Shown here one piece after another: positions 1 to 11,941 of a stretch of DNA of 32,000 nt. A model generated the notes under the pieces. It did not search any database. It saw nothing but the letters and a program-made list of their open reading frames with translations, and was not told the DNA's origin. Position 1 is the first letter of the stretch; each line of letters begins with the position of its first letter. The position numbers and the translations under genes were made by a program. This DNA is from Mycobacterium tuberculosis H37Rv. GTDB lineage: Bacteria; Actinomycetota; Actinomycetes; Mycobacteriales; Mycobacteriaceae. The stretch lies in NCBI RefSeq assembly GCF_000195955.2, contig NC_000962.3, positions 2,130,001-2,162,000 of the forward strand, in the 5' to 3' direction.

Positions 1-513
1 TTACAGGATCGGGTTCTGCTGCGCTTCGGGTTGCATCAGGCGTTGCGCCTGGGCAAGCCGCTGCAGTTCCACGTCGGATTTGGCGACCGGGACGCTGATC
101 TGCACAAGGCCAATCCGCTGTATCTGCTCGACTTCCTGCGGCAGTCCGGCAATACCCCAATCGTGTTGCTGCACTGCTATCCCTACGAACGAGAAGCCGG
201 TTATCTGGCACAAGCCTTCAACAACGTCTATCTTGACGGCGGGTTGAGTGTGCACTACCTGGGGGCCCGGTCGCCGGCCTTCATCGGCCGACTACTGGAG
301 CTTGCCCCCTTCCGCAAGATCGTGTACTCGTCGGACGGATTCGGCCCCGCGGAACTGCACTTTCTCGGTGCAACGTTGTGGCGCAGTGGAATTCAGCGTG
401 TTCTGCGTGGCTTTGTCGAGCGCGACGACTGGTGCGAGACCGATGCCCTGCGGGTGGTCGACCTAATTGCCCATGGCACTGCCGCACGCATCTATCGCCT
501 TGGCGATCGGTAG
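1..513 (+). CDS. C-terminal part of an amidohydrolase-2-like metal-dependent hydrolase (5' end outside window; Rv1879-like)
   Basis: Frame 1 is open from base 1 to TAG 511-513. Track ORF 31..513 is the same frame from an internal TTG. The sequence ...LLHCYPYEREAGYLAQAFNNVYLD...SSDGFGPAELHF... looks like a TIM-barrel amidohydrolase. Confidence 0.8.
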   Translation, partial: LQDRVLLRFGLHQALRLGKPLQFHVGFGDRDADLHKANPLYLLDFLRQSGNTPIVLLHCYPYEREAGYLAQAFNNVYLDGGLSVHYLGARSPAFIGRLLELAPFRKIVYSSDGFGPAELHFLGATLWRSGIQRVLRGFVERDDWCETDALRVVDLIAHGTAARIYRLGDR

Positions 514-540
514 CTTTCAGGTGGCGCAAGTGTGGCCCCG

Positions 541-1857
541 TCACGGGCTAACCATGGACCGTGCCGGACCCAGTGTCACCGGCAGCGTCGACCAACCGCG
601 CAGCACCCGCGTGTCACGCCGACTTCCGGCACCCGCGGCCCGCACATCGGGGAAGCGGTCGAAGAACGTTCTCAGCCCGACCTCGCCTTCGGCGCGGGCC
701 AGGGCGGCCCCCAGGCAGAAGTGGCGGCCGGTAGAGAACGCAAGATGTCGTCCGGCATTGGGGCGTTCGATGTCAAAGCGGTGCGGATCCGGGAACACAG
801 CGGGATCGCGGTTGGCGGCTGCTAGGTAGATCACCACGACTTCGCCGCGTTTGATTCGCACACCAGCCACCTCGACGTCACGGCAAGCCACCCGGGCGGT
901 GAGCTGAACCGGCGAATCCAGCCGCAGGATTTCTTCAACCGTATTCGGCCACAGCTCCGGATGTTGGCGCAGTGTGGCCAGATGTTCGGGGGTATCCAAC
1001 AACATGCGAATCCCGTTGCCTAACAGGTTCACTGTGGTTTCGAATCCGGCGACCAAAACCAGTCCGGCGATCGCCCGAAGTTCGGTCTCGTCGAGCTGTG
1101 TCTCGTTGTCCCCGCTTTCGGCGATCTGGATCAACTGACTCATCAGGTCGTCACCCGGAGCGTGCCGCAACTGCTGCAGATGCCCTTCCAGCCAGCAGTC
1201 GAATCCTCGTATCCCCTGCTGCACACGCAGGTACTGCCGCCACGGAATCCCGATGTCTAGACTCGGCGCTGCCAACTCACCAAATTCCAGGACGCGCGGC
1301 CTGTCATGCTCGGGCACGCCCAAAATTTCGCTGATGACCACGATCGGCAGTTGCGAGCAATAGCGTCCTACGACGTCCACAATCCCGGGCTGCTCAGCGA
1401 ACCGATCCAAGAGATTGATCGCGGTCTGTTCGACCAGATCGCGTAGCGCGCTGACCGCCCGTGAGGTGAACACCGCCGACACCGTTTTGCGGTAGCGAGT
1501 GTGATCGGGCGGCTCGACGGCCAGCAGCGAAGGTTCTCGCAGGGGGTGAAGTTGATCGCCGCGGGTCCGCCGCTCCAGCCAGCGCAGCGGTGGTGGCAGA
1601 TTCTCGCCGAAGGAGACGACGCGGAAGTCGTCCGATCGCAGCAGGTCATGGGCGAGCCGATGGTCGACGGTCAGGTAGTTGGCGCGGTTGCGCACCAGGG
1701 CGCCGTGGGACCGGACTTCGTCGTAAAAGGGCACCGGATCGGTGGCGACGGCCGGATCCGCGATCAGCCGGGCCTGCAAGTCGCCACGCCGAATCCCGAT
1801 TGCCGCAATGCCGCGGATCACCCCGTGCATCGCCAACCAGTGCAGCTTGTCCTTCAC
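541..1857 (-). CDS. cyp140: cytochrome P450 (CYP140)
   Basis: Track ORF 541..1989. Haem-thiolate loop FSTGRHFCLGAALAR, EXXR motif (EEILRLD) and I-helix AGFETT are present. GTG at 1857 is preceded by GGAGG 4 nt upstream, so I prefer it to the longest ORF. Confidence 0.95.
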   Translation of the reverse strand: MKDKLHWLAMHGVIRGIAAIGIRRGDLQARLIADPAVATDPVPFYDEVRSHGALVRNRANYLTVDHRLAHDLLRSDDFRVVSFGENLPPPLRWLERRTRGDQLHPLREPSLLAVEPPDHTRYRKTVSAVFTSRAVSALRDLVEQTAINLLDRFAEQPGIVDVVGRYCSQLPIVVISEILGVPEHDRPRVLEFGELAAPSLDIGIPWRQYLRVQQGIRGFDCWLEGHLQQLRHAPGDDLMSQLIQIAESGDNETQLDETELRAIAGLVLVAGFETTVNLLGNGIRMLLDTPEHLATLRQHPELWPNTVEEILRLDSPVQLTARVACRDVEVAGVRIKRGEVVVIYLAAANRDPAVFPDPHRFDIERPNAGRHLAFSTGRHFCLGAALARAEGEVGLRTFFDRFPDVRAAGAGSRRDTRVLRGWSTLPVTLGPARSMVSP

Positions 1858-1906
1858 CGCGCCTCCGTCGATCGAGTGGCTTTTCTTCAAGACTAGAACC
1901 CGCAAT

Positions 1907-2329
1907 TCAACATTCGGCGAGGATGTTGAAGTCTGTTGACACCACCGTGTTGGGTTTTTTGCTGCTGATGCCGTAGGCACTGCCGGCAACTGTGTATGTG
2001 TTGCGGGCGCGGTCGGCGCGGGCGTTGCCCACCCCGCCGTGCCAGAAGCTGCCGTTGAACCCGTCGACGTTACGGATCTTCACCCACTGCGGGATTACCC
2101 TGTCACCGCTGAGCAATACCACGGCTTGGACGGTGCTGTCGTGGTTGCGGATGTCGATGGTCCGGTAGGAGTGCTCCTGGCTGCATGTTGCGGGACGTGT
2201 CGTGTGAGTGACGCCGTCAATAGTCAGGCGTGCGGCTTTTCGGGGTACCGTCTGAGCTTGCCCGCACGCGGAGAGACCAGCCGCGACGACCATTGCAACT
2301 CCGGTCACTGTGACCAACCGATTGCACAC
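1907..2329 (-). CDS. lppE: small lipoprotein LppE
   Basis: Track ORF 1907..2479. GTG 2329 has GGAGG 6 nt upstream and gives a signal peptide VCNRLVTVTGVAMVVAAGLSAC with lipobox LSAC. ATG 2356 is an alternative start. Confidence 0.85.
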   Translation of the reverse strand: MCNRLVTVTGVAMVVAAGLSACGQAQTVPRKAARLTIDGVTHTTRPATCSQEHSYRTIDIRNHDSTVQAVVLLSGDRVIPQWVKIRNVDGFNGSFWHGGVGNARADRARNTYTVAGSAYGISSKKPNTVVSTDFNILAEC

Positions 2330-2369
2330 CAGCCACCTCCATTCGGGCCTGAGCATTGTGCTCGGGACA

Positions 2370-3203
2370 TTACTTCCGTTTTGGCTCCAACGTGGCCAGG
2401 GACTTGGCAATGTGACGTCGGACGAACTCCGGACTGACGCCCTTGAGCCGATCAATCCAGCGAATGCTTCGGGGCACATACCAATGCAACCGTGTGGGGT
2501 GCTGGTAGGCCCGCCAGGCTGCCTCGGCGACGCTGGACGAGGGCATCAGCCGGAACATGCCCTTCTTGGGCGCGGCAGCGCGGATCTGCTCCGCGGAGAT
2601 CGTGTAGGGGCCCTCGTCGGAATGCTGGCGCGTCGAGGTGAGGATAGCGGTGTCGATCAGACCGGGCAGCACGTCGGCGACGCGAACCCCATGACGCTGC
2701 CACTCAACGCTCAACGCCTCGGTCAACCCCTTGACGGCGTGTTTGGTCGCCGAGTAGACCGCGATACGCGGCATGCCATAGGTGCCCGAGGACGACGACG
2801 TCGAGAACATCAGACTTCCCGGTGCTTTCTTGAGGTAAGGCAGTGCGGCGTAGGCGCCAGTGAGCACCGCCTTGAAGTTCACGTCGACGACGCGCACGGC
2901 GGCCTCGTACGGCACGTCCTCGAACCAACCGCCTTCGCCGATGCCGGCGTTGTTCCACATCATGTCGAGACCGCCGCCGACATTGCCGGCGCAGAAATCA
3001 GCGAGCGCACCCTCAAGGGCCGCCTTGTCCGTAACGTCGACGGCGCGGGCCCACAGCCGTTCGGCACCAAGCTGTACGCGCAGGGCAGCCAGCCCATCCT
3101 CATTGCGGTCTATCGCACCTACTCGCCAGCCGTTGGCGTGGAAAAGCGTTGCACCCTCGCGGCCCATTCCACTGCCGGCGCCGGTGATGAATATCGCTTT
3201 CAT
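2370..3203 (-). CDS. short-chain dehydrogenase/reductase (Rv1882c-like)
   Basis: 277-aa ORF. It has an N-terminal TGAGSGMG Rossmann motif, NNAG and the catalytic YSATK. Confidence 0.93.
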   Translation of the reverse strand: MKAIFITGAGSGMGREGATLFHANGWRVGAIDRNEDGLAALRVQLGAERLWARAVDVTDKAALEGALADFCAGNVGGGLDMMWNNAGIGEGGWFEDVPYEAAVRVVDVNFKAVLTGAYAALPYLKKAPGSLMFSTSSSSGTYGMPRIAVYSATKHAVKGLTEALSVEWQRHGVRVADVLPGLIDTAILTSTRQHSDEGPYTISAEQIRAAAPKKGMFRLMPSSSVAEAAWRAYQHPTRLHWYVPRSIRWIDRLKGVSPEFVRRHIAKSLATLEPKRK

Positions 3204-3230
3204 GCGGAATCCGGAATAGCCGAACCGCCC

Positions 3231-3692
3231 TCAGCCTGCTTCAACCAGATCTTTGATGCGCTGCAACGTCTTGGTCATGTCTCGGATGTTGCGGCGCTGA
3301 CGCAGCCAGCCCCCGAACACCCGGTAGTACACGGTGGTCAACACGGACGGGGGGAGCCGAAACGACTCAGTGACCTCGGTGCCGTCGGCGGTGGGCGTCA
3401 AACGATAATGCCAATTGTTCACCGGTCTGTCGCCGAGCAGCACAGCAAACCCGAACTCACGGCCCGGTTCGCATACCGTCCAGTAGACCGGCCCGATCCC
3501 GTTGCGCCGGACATGCCCGCGGAATCGAGCGCCAAGCGCGGGGCCGGTGGCACCGTCAAGCCACTCGGCCTCGAAGGTTTCCGGCGAGAACCGGCCGGTA
3601 TTGCGGACATCCGCGATCAATGTCCAGATCTTGTCCGGCGGCGCTGCCATGTGAACTGTGGCCGAACCTTCCATGACCTGATCCAAACACAT
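3231..3692 (-). CDS. SRPBCC (polyketide cyclase/dehydrase-like) ligand-binding protein (Rv1883c-like)
   Basis: 153-aa ORF. The sequence ...APPDKIWTLIADVRNTGRFSPE...WHYRLTPTADGTEVTESF... is typical of the SRPBCC fold. The start could be the ATG six codons downstream (MEGSA...). Confidence 0.85.
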   Translation of the reverse strand: MCLDQVMEGSATVHMAAPPDKIWTLIADVRNTGRFSPETFEAEWLDGATGPALGARFRGHVRRNGIGPVYWTVCEPGREFGFAVLLGDRPVNNWHYRLTPTADGTEVTESFRLPPSVLTTVYYRVFGGWLRQRRNIRDMTKTLQRIKDLVEAG

Positions 3693-3730
3693 ACGTCGAC
3701 CTGGTCATAGACCGCACACGCCGCCAACCG

Positions 3731-4872
<1,142 letters not shown>

Positions 4873-4889
4873 CCCTTCGGTTGATCCCG

Positions 4890-6035
<1,146 letters not shown>

Positions 6036-6257
6036 CTATCGCGGATTTCTCAGAATCGCGGCCCGGGGCTACCGGCTGTGCTCCCCCAGGGAGGCCGAAC
6101 TTGCGTTCACCGCGTAGGCTCGCTCGAAGCAAGCCGACGAAGACCACGCTATCCCGGTCTGTTCCGGCGTCCGCGTAACACCGCACTGGGGTTTGTGGCG
6201 TGCGATGGTGCGGGCTGAGGGCATCGGAGGTTCCGGGAACGATTGAGGTGCGAGAAT

Positions 6258-7400
6258 TTGGACACGGTACTTGGGCTCTCGATAACGCCTACCACCCTGG
6301 GGTGGGTCCTCGCTGAAGGACACGGCGCAGACGGCGCCATCTTGGACCGCAACGAATTGGAGCTACATAGCGGTCGTAACGCGCAGGCCATACATACCGC
6401 AGAGCAGCTGGCGGCGGAAGTTCTGCTCGCCCATGAAGTGGCCGCTGCAGGCGATCATCGGTTGCGCGTCATCGGAGTGACCTGGAACGCCGAAGCTTCG
6501 GCTCAGGCGGCGCTGCTGGTAGAGTCGCTGACCGGTGCAGGTTTCGACAATGTGGTGCCGGTTCGGCGGCTACGTGCCATCGAGACACTGGCGCAGGCTA
6601 TCGCACCCGTTATCGGCTACGAGCAAATCGCGGTATGCGTTCTTGAGCATGAGTCGGCGACCGTCGTCATGGTCGACACCCACGACGGAAAGACGCAGAT
6701 CGCCGTCAAGCATGTGTGCCGCGGATTATCAGGACTGACCTCCTGGCTGACCGGCATGTTTGGTCGCGATGCCTGGCGCCCGGCCGGCGTGGTCGTGGTC
6801 GGCTCGGATAGCGAGGTCAGCGAATTCTCGTGGCAGCTCGAAAGGGTCCTGCCGGTGCCGGTCTTTGCGCAAACGATGGCGCAGGTTACGGTCGCGCGGG
6901 GTGCGGCCCTGGCGGCGGCCCAGAGCACCGAGTTCACCGATGCGCAGCTAGTGGCCGACAGCGTCAGCCAACCAACGGTCGCGCCCAGGCGATCCCGGCA
7001 CTACGCCGGGGCGGCGGCAGCGTTGGCCGCCGCGGCCGTGACCTTCGTGGCTTCGCTGTCCCTAGCGGTGGGCATCCAGCTGGCTCCGCACAACGATACC
7101 GGGACGGCGAAGCACGGAGCGCACAAGCCGACGCCACGTATCGCAAAGGCCGTGGCGCCGGCGGTGCCGCCTCCGCCGACGGTCACGCCACCAGTCCCTG
7201 CTCGGGCACCCCGGCCGGCTGCGCAGCACGAACCACCCGCTCGCGTCACCTCCGGCGAAGCGCTCACGGAGCCGAACCCGCCTGAGGAGCAACCGAATGC
7301 TTCTGCGCCGCAACAGGATCGGAATGACAGCCAGCCGATCACTCGAGTGCTAGAGCACATACCCGGCGCTTACGGTGACTCGGCACCCCCAGCTGAGTAG
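6258..7400 (+). CDS. hypothetical single-pass membrane protein with a Pro-rich C-terminal tail (Rv1887-like)
   Basis: Track ORF 6243..7400. TTG 6258 has GAGGTG 7 nt upstream. The protein has a globular N-terminal ~235 aa, one hydrophobic helix (AAAALAAAAVTFVASLSLAVGIQLA) and then a P/A-rich tail. Confidence 0.8.
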   Translation: MDTVLGLSITPTTLGWVLAEGHGADGAILDRNELELHSGRNAQAIHTAEQLAAEVLLAHEVAAAGDHRLRVIGVTWNAEASAQAALLVESLTGAGFDNVVPVRRLRAIETLAQAIAPVIGYEQIAVCVLEHESATVVMVDTHDGKTQIAVKHVCRGLSGLTSWLTGMFGRDAWRPAGVVVVGSDSEVSEFSWQLERVLPVPVFAQTMAQVTVARGAALAAAQSTEFTDAQLVADSVSQPTVAPRRSRHYAGAAAALAAAAVTFVASLSLAVGIQLAPHNDTGTAKHGAHKPTPRIAKAVAPAVPPPPTVTPPVPARAPRPAAQHEPPARVTSGEALTEPNPPEEQPNASAPQQDRNDSQPITRVLEHIPGAYGDSAPPAE

Positions 7401-7518
7401 TCGGAGGCCGCCGTAGCCGGTTGCGAAACCTGTTCGCGCGGACCCATGTCGAGGCGAAGCGGTGGGTACTCGTCGCGCATCAGCGTGGTGTATGCGCGGA
7501 CCCGCAACGCCCACCGGT

Positions 7519-8079
7519 TTACAGGTTGTATAGCCCTATGGGGTACCGGCCGGTGAACAGGAGCGCCACCACGGCGACGAGCAGCAGGATCACCAGTAGC
7601 GAAGGCCACATTATGCCGACGCGGTCGTGGGGGTCGATCAGGAAGACTCGCCAACCGCTGGAGAGGAAGACCGCCAGGATCAGGTAGTGGGGGATAGCAA
7701 GTAGCCACCACTTAATCAGCACCAGGCCGCGGCTCAACCGCTCCGGATAGTCAACCTCCAAGTCAGCCGGATACTCCGCCTTTGTCTGCAGGCTGAAGGG
7801 CGGGTACCGGTCGGTTCCCAGCGCCGACAGCGCATAGAAGGCAACCCGCCAGCGCCACCGCATGACGCCGACATTGAAGTCGAACAGCGTCCGGGGATAT
7901 CTGCCCGTGAACAGGATGGCAAAGAACGCGATCACGGTGACCACCACGGCGGCAACGTGCAAGAAGAACAAGACAATGTAGTGCGGGATGGCCAAAAACC
8001 ACTTGACTAGCCACTGCCAACGTGACAACGCAGGATCGAGGTCACCCCGGACCCGGACTGGATAGGCGTCAGGTTGCAT
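7519..8079 (-). CDS. DUF4389-type integral membrane protein with an internal duplication (Rv1888c-like)
   Basis: Track ORF 7519..8325. ATG 8079 is preceded by AAGGAG 8 nt upstream. There are two repeats of the motif [20 protein letters not shown]...FTGRYP / [25 protein letters not shown]...FTGRYP. Confidence 0.85.
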   Translation of the reverse strand: MQPDAYPVRVRGDLDPALSRWQWLVKWFLAIPHYIVLFFLHVAAVVVTVIAFFAILFTGRYPRTLFDFNVGVMRWRWRVAFYALSALGTDRYPPFSLQTKAEYPADLEVDYPERLSRGLVLIKWWLLAIPHYLILAVFLSSGWRVFLIDPHDRVGIMWPSLLVILLLVAVVALLFTGRYPIGLYNL

Positions 8080-8173
8080 GATCGACGGCTCCTTTACATG
8101 CGCGTCGGCTCGATCCACGAGCCAGGCCCATTGTCTCTCATCTGCCGCGCATGGGCGAAGCCATCGTCGTGCG

Positions 8174-9017
<844 letters not shown>

Positions 9018-9075
9018 CGGGATCCTTTCGGCTCGGCCAGCGATATACAGCCTTCGAAGTCCACCGCTTGTGGGA

Positions 9076-9687
9076 TCAATCGTCCTTTGCCCGAACCGCG
9101 GTGAATGCCACGCTCACTTCGTCGGCGACCCGTATTGAACCCATCAACAGCGAGTAGGGTTTGACGCCGTAGTTGGACTGGCGAACCGTGGTGTCGGCAG
9201 AGATGCGCCACGCAGCACCAAGATCCTCTGTGTGCAAGTCGATGACGTGTTCTCGCGACTTTCCCCGGATGTGCAGTTTCCCGGTCAGGCGGTACCCATT
9301 CCCGGTCTGGGCAATGGCTTCCGTGGTAAAGCGAATATGGGGGAAGCGGCTGGCGTTGAGCGTTTTCAGCGCGTTCGCCCGCACCAGAGCTTTCTCAGGC
9401 TCGGACAGCCCCTTCACGCCACCCTCACCGCGCATCACCTCGAAGGAATCCACCTCAGCCACAAGCTCGCCGGCGACGGGATCGGTGCCGGACCAGTTCA
9501 CCAGGGCCTGCCACCGTGTCATCGCGATGGTCAGGCGATGACCCAAGCGCGCGGCTCTGCCAACGACTCCGGTGCGAAGTACCAGCTCGCCGTCGGAAGC
9601 ATCAAGAGTCCACACCGCGTCGCTCACGCCACGACTGTATTCAGACGACCTGCCTGCCCGCCCCTCCCGCCGCGTCTTGTGGGCCAC
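9076..9687 (-). CDS. YceI-like domain protein (Rv1890c-like)
   Basis: 203-aa ORF with a GTG start and no clear SD, so the start is uncertain. ...[16 protein letters not shown]...[37 protein letters not shown]...[12 protein letters not shown]... is the YceI pattern. Confidence 0.85.
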   Translation of the reverse strand: MAHKTRREGRAGRSSEYSRGVSDAVWTLDASDGELVLRTGVVGRAARLGHRLTIAMTRWQALVNWSGTDPVAGELVAEVDSFEVMRGEGGVKGLSEPEKALVRANALKTLNASRFPHIRFTTEAIAQTGNGYRLTGKLHIRGKSREHVIDLHTEDLGAAWRISADTTVRQSNYGVKPYSLLMGSIRVADEVSVAFTAVRAKDD

Positions 9688-9740
9688 GACACAATCGTTA
9701 TGCTTGGTGAGGCTCGCCGGTGCCGTTGGAGGGGTGCAAC

Positions 9741-10148
9741 ATGATTCGCGAACTGGTCACCACCGCTGCGATCACGGGTGCCGCGATCGGTGGGGCGCCA
9801 GTCGCGGGCGCAGACCCGCAGCGTTATGACGGCGATGTGCCGGGGATGAACTATGACGCTTCGCTGGGCGCCCCATGCTCCAGCTGGGAGCGCTTCATTT
9901 TTGGACGAGGCCCCTCCGGTCAGGCCGAAGCCTGTCATTTTCCGCCTCCTAACCAGTTCCCGCCGGCCGAAACCGGCTACTGGGTGATCTCCTACCCGCT
10001 ATACGGCGTCCAGCAGGTCGGTGCGCCGTGTCCGAAGCCGCAGGCGGCCGCGCAGTCTCCGGATGGGTTGCCGATGCTGTGTCTGGGAGCCCGTGGATGG
10101 CAGCCGGGATGGTTTACCGGGGCCGGGTTCTTCCCTCCGGAGCCATAA
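9741..10148 (+). CDS. small secreted Cys-containing protein (Rv1891-like)
   Basis: ATG 9741 is preceded by GGAGGGG. It has a signal peptide MIRELVTTAAITGAAIGGAPVAGA-DP and several Cys in the mature part. Confidence 0.85.
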   Translation: MIRELVTTAAITGAAIGGAPVAGADPQRYDGDVPGMNYDASLGAPCSSWERFIFGRGPSGQAEACHFPPPNQFPPAETGYWVISYPLYGVQQVGAPCPKPQAAAQSPDGLPMLCLGARGWQPGWFTGAGFFPPEP

Positions 10149-10164
10149 CCGGTGGGCGTTTCTC

Positions 10165-10476
10165 ATGATCATGTGCGAAGGCCGGCCCACCGAATCACCG
10201 ATCCCACGGTGGCTGCGCTTCGTGCTTACGTCTGACCGTGCCGGCTCGGCATGGTATATCGGGGCAGGCTTCTTCTTCGCGCCAGTGCTGGCGGTGCTTT
10301 CGCCATGGCCGACCATCACCGCGGTGCTGTGGTGGATCATCGGACTGGCGGGACTATGGCTCGGACTGCTCGGAATCGCGATGGCAGTCGGACTGGCCCG
10401 GGTGTTGCGTTCCGGCGCCGAAATACCGGAAGCCTACTGGCGCACGCTGGTCGACTACCGATCCGCCAACGAATAG
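10165..10476 (+). CDS. small integral membrane protein (Rv1892-like)
   Basis: Track ORF 10021..10476. From ATG 10165 onward there are two or three hydrophobic helices (GAGFFFAPVLAVLSPWPTITAVLWWIIGLAGLWLGLLGIAMAVGLA). The upstream part of the ORF is Arg-rich junk overlapping the previous gene. Confidence 0.78.
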   Translation: MIMCEGRPTESPIPRWLRFVLTSDRAGSAWYIGAGFFFAPVLAVLSPWPTITAVLWWIIGLAGLWLGLLGIAMAVGLARVLRSGAEIPEAYWRTLVDYRSANE

Positions 10477-10485
10477 GAGACTCCG

Positions 10486-10704
10486 ATGAGCTTCAATCCC
10501 AAAGATGCGGTCGACGCTGTCCGGGACATTGCGGCCAATGCCGTCGAGAAGGCCTCGGACATCGTGGAAAACGCCGGCCACATCATCCGCGGCGACATCG
10601 CTGGCGGGGCCAGCGGCATCGTCAAGGACTCCATCGACATCGCCACCCACGCGGTCGACAGAACGAAAGAAGTGTTCACCGGCAAGACGGACGACGAAGG
10701 TTAG
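10486..10704 (+). CDS. 72-aa acidic helical protein of unknown function (Rv1893-like)
   Basis: ATG 10486 has AGGAGA 5 nt upstream. The sequence is repetitive and amphipathic (DAVRDIAANAVEKASDIVENAGHII / GIVKDSIDIATHAVDRTKEVF). Confidence 0.8.
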   Translation: MSFNPKDAVDAVRDIAANAVEKASDIVENAGHIIRGDIAGGASGIVKDSIDIATHAVDRTKEVFTGKTDDEG

Positions 10705-10729
10705 TCGAGACTAGTCGGCGCGCGCTTGT

Positions 10730-10749
10730 CGTCCGTTGTCAAACGGACG
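10730..10749. terminator. 8-bp perfect hairpin between convergent genes
   Basis: cgtccgtt-gtca-aacggacg. It lies 25 nt after the + strand stop (10702-10704) and overlaps the minus-strand stop (10739-10741). There is no U-tract. Confidence 0.3.
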
Positions 10750-11869
10750 CGGCAGCATTGAGTGCGTCCAACCGGGCGGTCGCCTCGAGGTACTCCTGCA
10801 CCCAGCGTTCGATAACGGTAGCCGTCTTTTCCACCTTGGTGAACTGCCCAACAACCTGCCCCACCGGGTTGAACGCGACGTCGACGGTCTCGTTCGGGTA
10901 TTTATGTGTGGCTTTGACGGCCATGCCGGAGACCATGTATTGCAACGGCATACCGAGCGGCTTCGGGCTCTCCGGTTGCTCCCAGGCCTCAGTCCAGTCG
11001 TTGCGCAGCATCCGGGCCGGCTTACCCGTGAAGGAACGACTGCGCACGGTGTCGCGGCTGGTCGCCTTGACGTATGCGGCCTGTTGAACCGCGGTGTTTG
11101 CGGCTTCCTCGACCATCAGCCACTGCGAACCGGTCCATGCCCCTTGGGTCCCCAGCGCCAACGCTGCAGCGATCTGCTGACCGCTGCCGATGCCACCCGC
11201 CGCCAACACCGGAACCGGCGCTACCTCCTTGACGACCTGAGGCCACAACACAATGGAGCCCACCTCGCCACAGTGCCCGCCGGCCTCGCCGCCCTGGGCG
11301 ATGATGATGTCGACGCCCGCATCGGCGTGCTTGCGGGCCTGCGAGGGTGAGCCGCACAATGCGGCCACCTTGCGACCCGAGTCGTGGATGTGCTTGATCA
11401 TGTCCGCTGGGGGGGTGCCAAGCGCGTTGGCGACCATCGTCATCTTGGGGTGCTTCAGCGCCGCGTCGACCTGTGGGGTGGCCGTCGCCTCGGTCCAACC
11501 GAGCAGCTGCAGACTGTCCTCGTCGGCGTCCTCGACCGGGACACCATGATCGGCGAGGATCTTGCGGGCGAAGTCCAGATGCTCCTGCGGGACCATCGAC
11601 CGCAGCGTCTTGGCGAGCTCATCCGCCGACAGCTGGGAGTCCATGCCCTCGTACTTGTTCGGGATCACGATGTCGACCCCGTAGGGGTGGTCGCCGATGT
11701 GTTCATCGATCCAGTTGAGCTCGATCTCCAGCTGCTCCGGCGTGAACCCAACTGCTCCGAGCACACCAAAACCACCAGCTTTGCTGACGGCGACCACCAC
11801 ATCGCGGCAGTGAGTGAAGGCAAAAATAGGAAACTCGATACCGAGCTCGTCGCAAATGGCAGTGTGCAT
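10739..11869 (-). CDS. FMN-dependent nitronate monooxygenase / 2-nitropropane dioxygenase-like enzyme (Rv1894c-like)
   Basis: Track ORF 10739..12106. ATG 11869 has GGAGCAGG about 5 nt upstream. N-terminus MHTAICDELGIEFPIFAFTHC..., and IIAQGGEAGGHCG is the NMO signature. Confidence 0.93.
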   Translation of the reverse strand: MHTAICDELGIEFPIFAFTHCRDVVVAVSKAGGFGVLGAVGFTPEQLEIELNWIDEHIGDHPYGVDIVIPNKYEGMDSQLSADELAKTLRSMVPQEHLDFARKILADHGVPVEDADEDSLQLLGWTEATATPQVDAALKHPKMTMVANALGTPPADMIKHIHDSGRKVAALCGSPSQARKHADAGVDIIIAQGGEAGGHCGEVGSIVLWPQVVKEVAPVPVLAAGGIGSGQQIAAALALGTQGAWTGSQWLMVEEAANTAVQQAAYVKATSRDTVRSRSFTGKPARMLRNDWTEAWEQPESPKPLGMPLQYMVSGMAVKATHKYPNETVDVAFNPVGQVVGQFTKVEKTATVIERWVQEYLEATARLDALNAAASV

Positions 11870-11899
11870 GCCTGCTCCTGGAATGCTAGCGGACGCAAA

Positions 11900-11919
11900 T
11901 AGAACTGAAACGTGTTCTA
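11900..11919. promoter_or_regulatory. AT-rich palindrome TAGAAC-N8-GTTCTA upstream of the NMO gene (candidate operator)
   Basis: A perfect 6-bp inverted repeat, 31-50 bp upstream of ATG 11869, in the only AT-rich patch of this intergenic region. Confidence 0.3.
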
Positions 11920-11941
11920 GTTTAGTACCCGTCTTGGTAAG

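Noticed and set aside
2310-3710. 466-aa + strand ORF spanning the SDR and SRPBCC genes
   Set aside because: It is antisense to two genes with clear family motifs. Its translation is Arg/Gly/His-rich with no recognisable domain. This is a typical shadow ORF in high-GC DNA.
7401-7518. Possible terminator between convergent Rv1887 and Rv1888c (cgcgcat-N11-atgcgcg; direct repeat gcgcggaccc x2)
   Set aside because: The stem is only 7 bp with a long loop and there is no flanking U-tract. That is too weak to call as a feature.
11900-11919. GAAC...GTTC palindrome as a LexA SOS box
   Set aside because: The mycobacterial SOS box has a 4-nt spacer (GAAC-N4-GTTC) and this one has 8 nt. I kept it only as a generic operator candidate.
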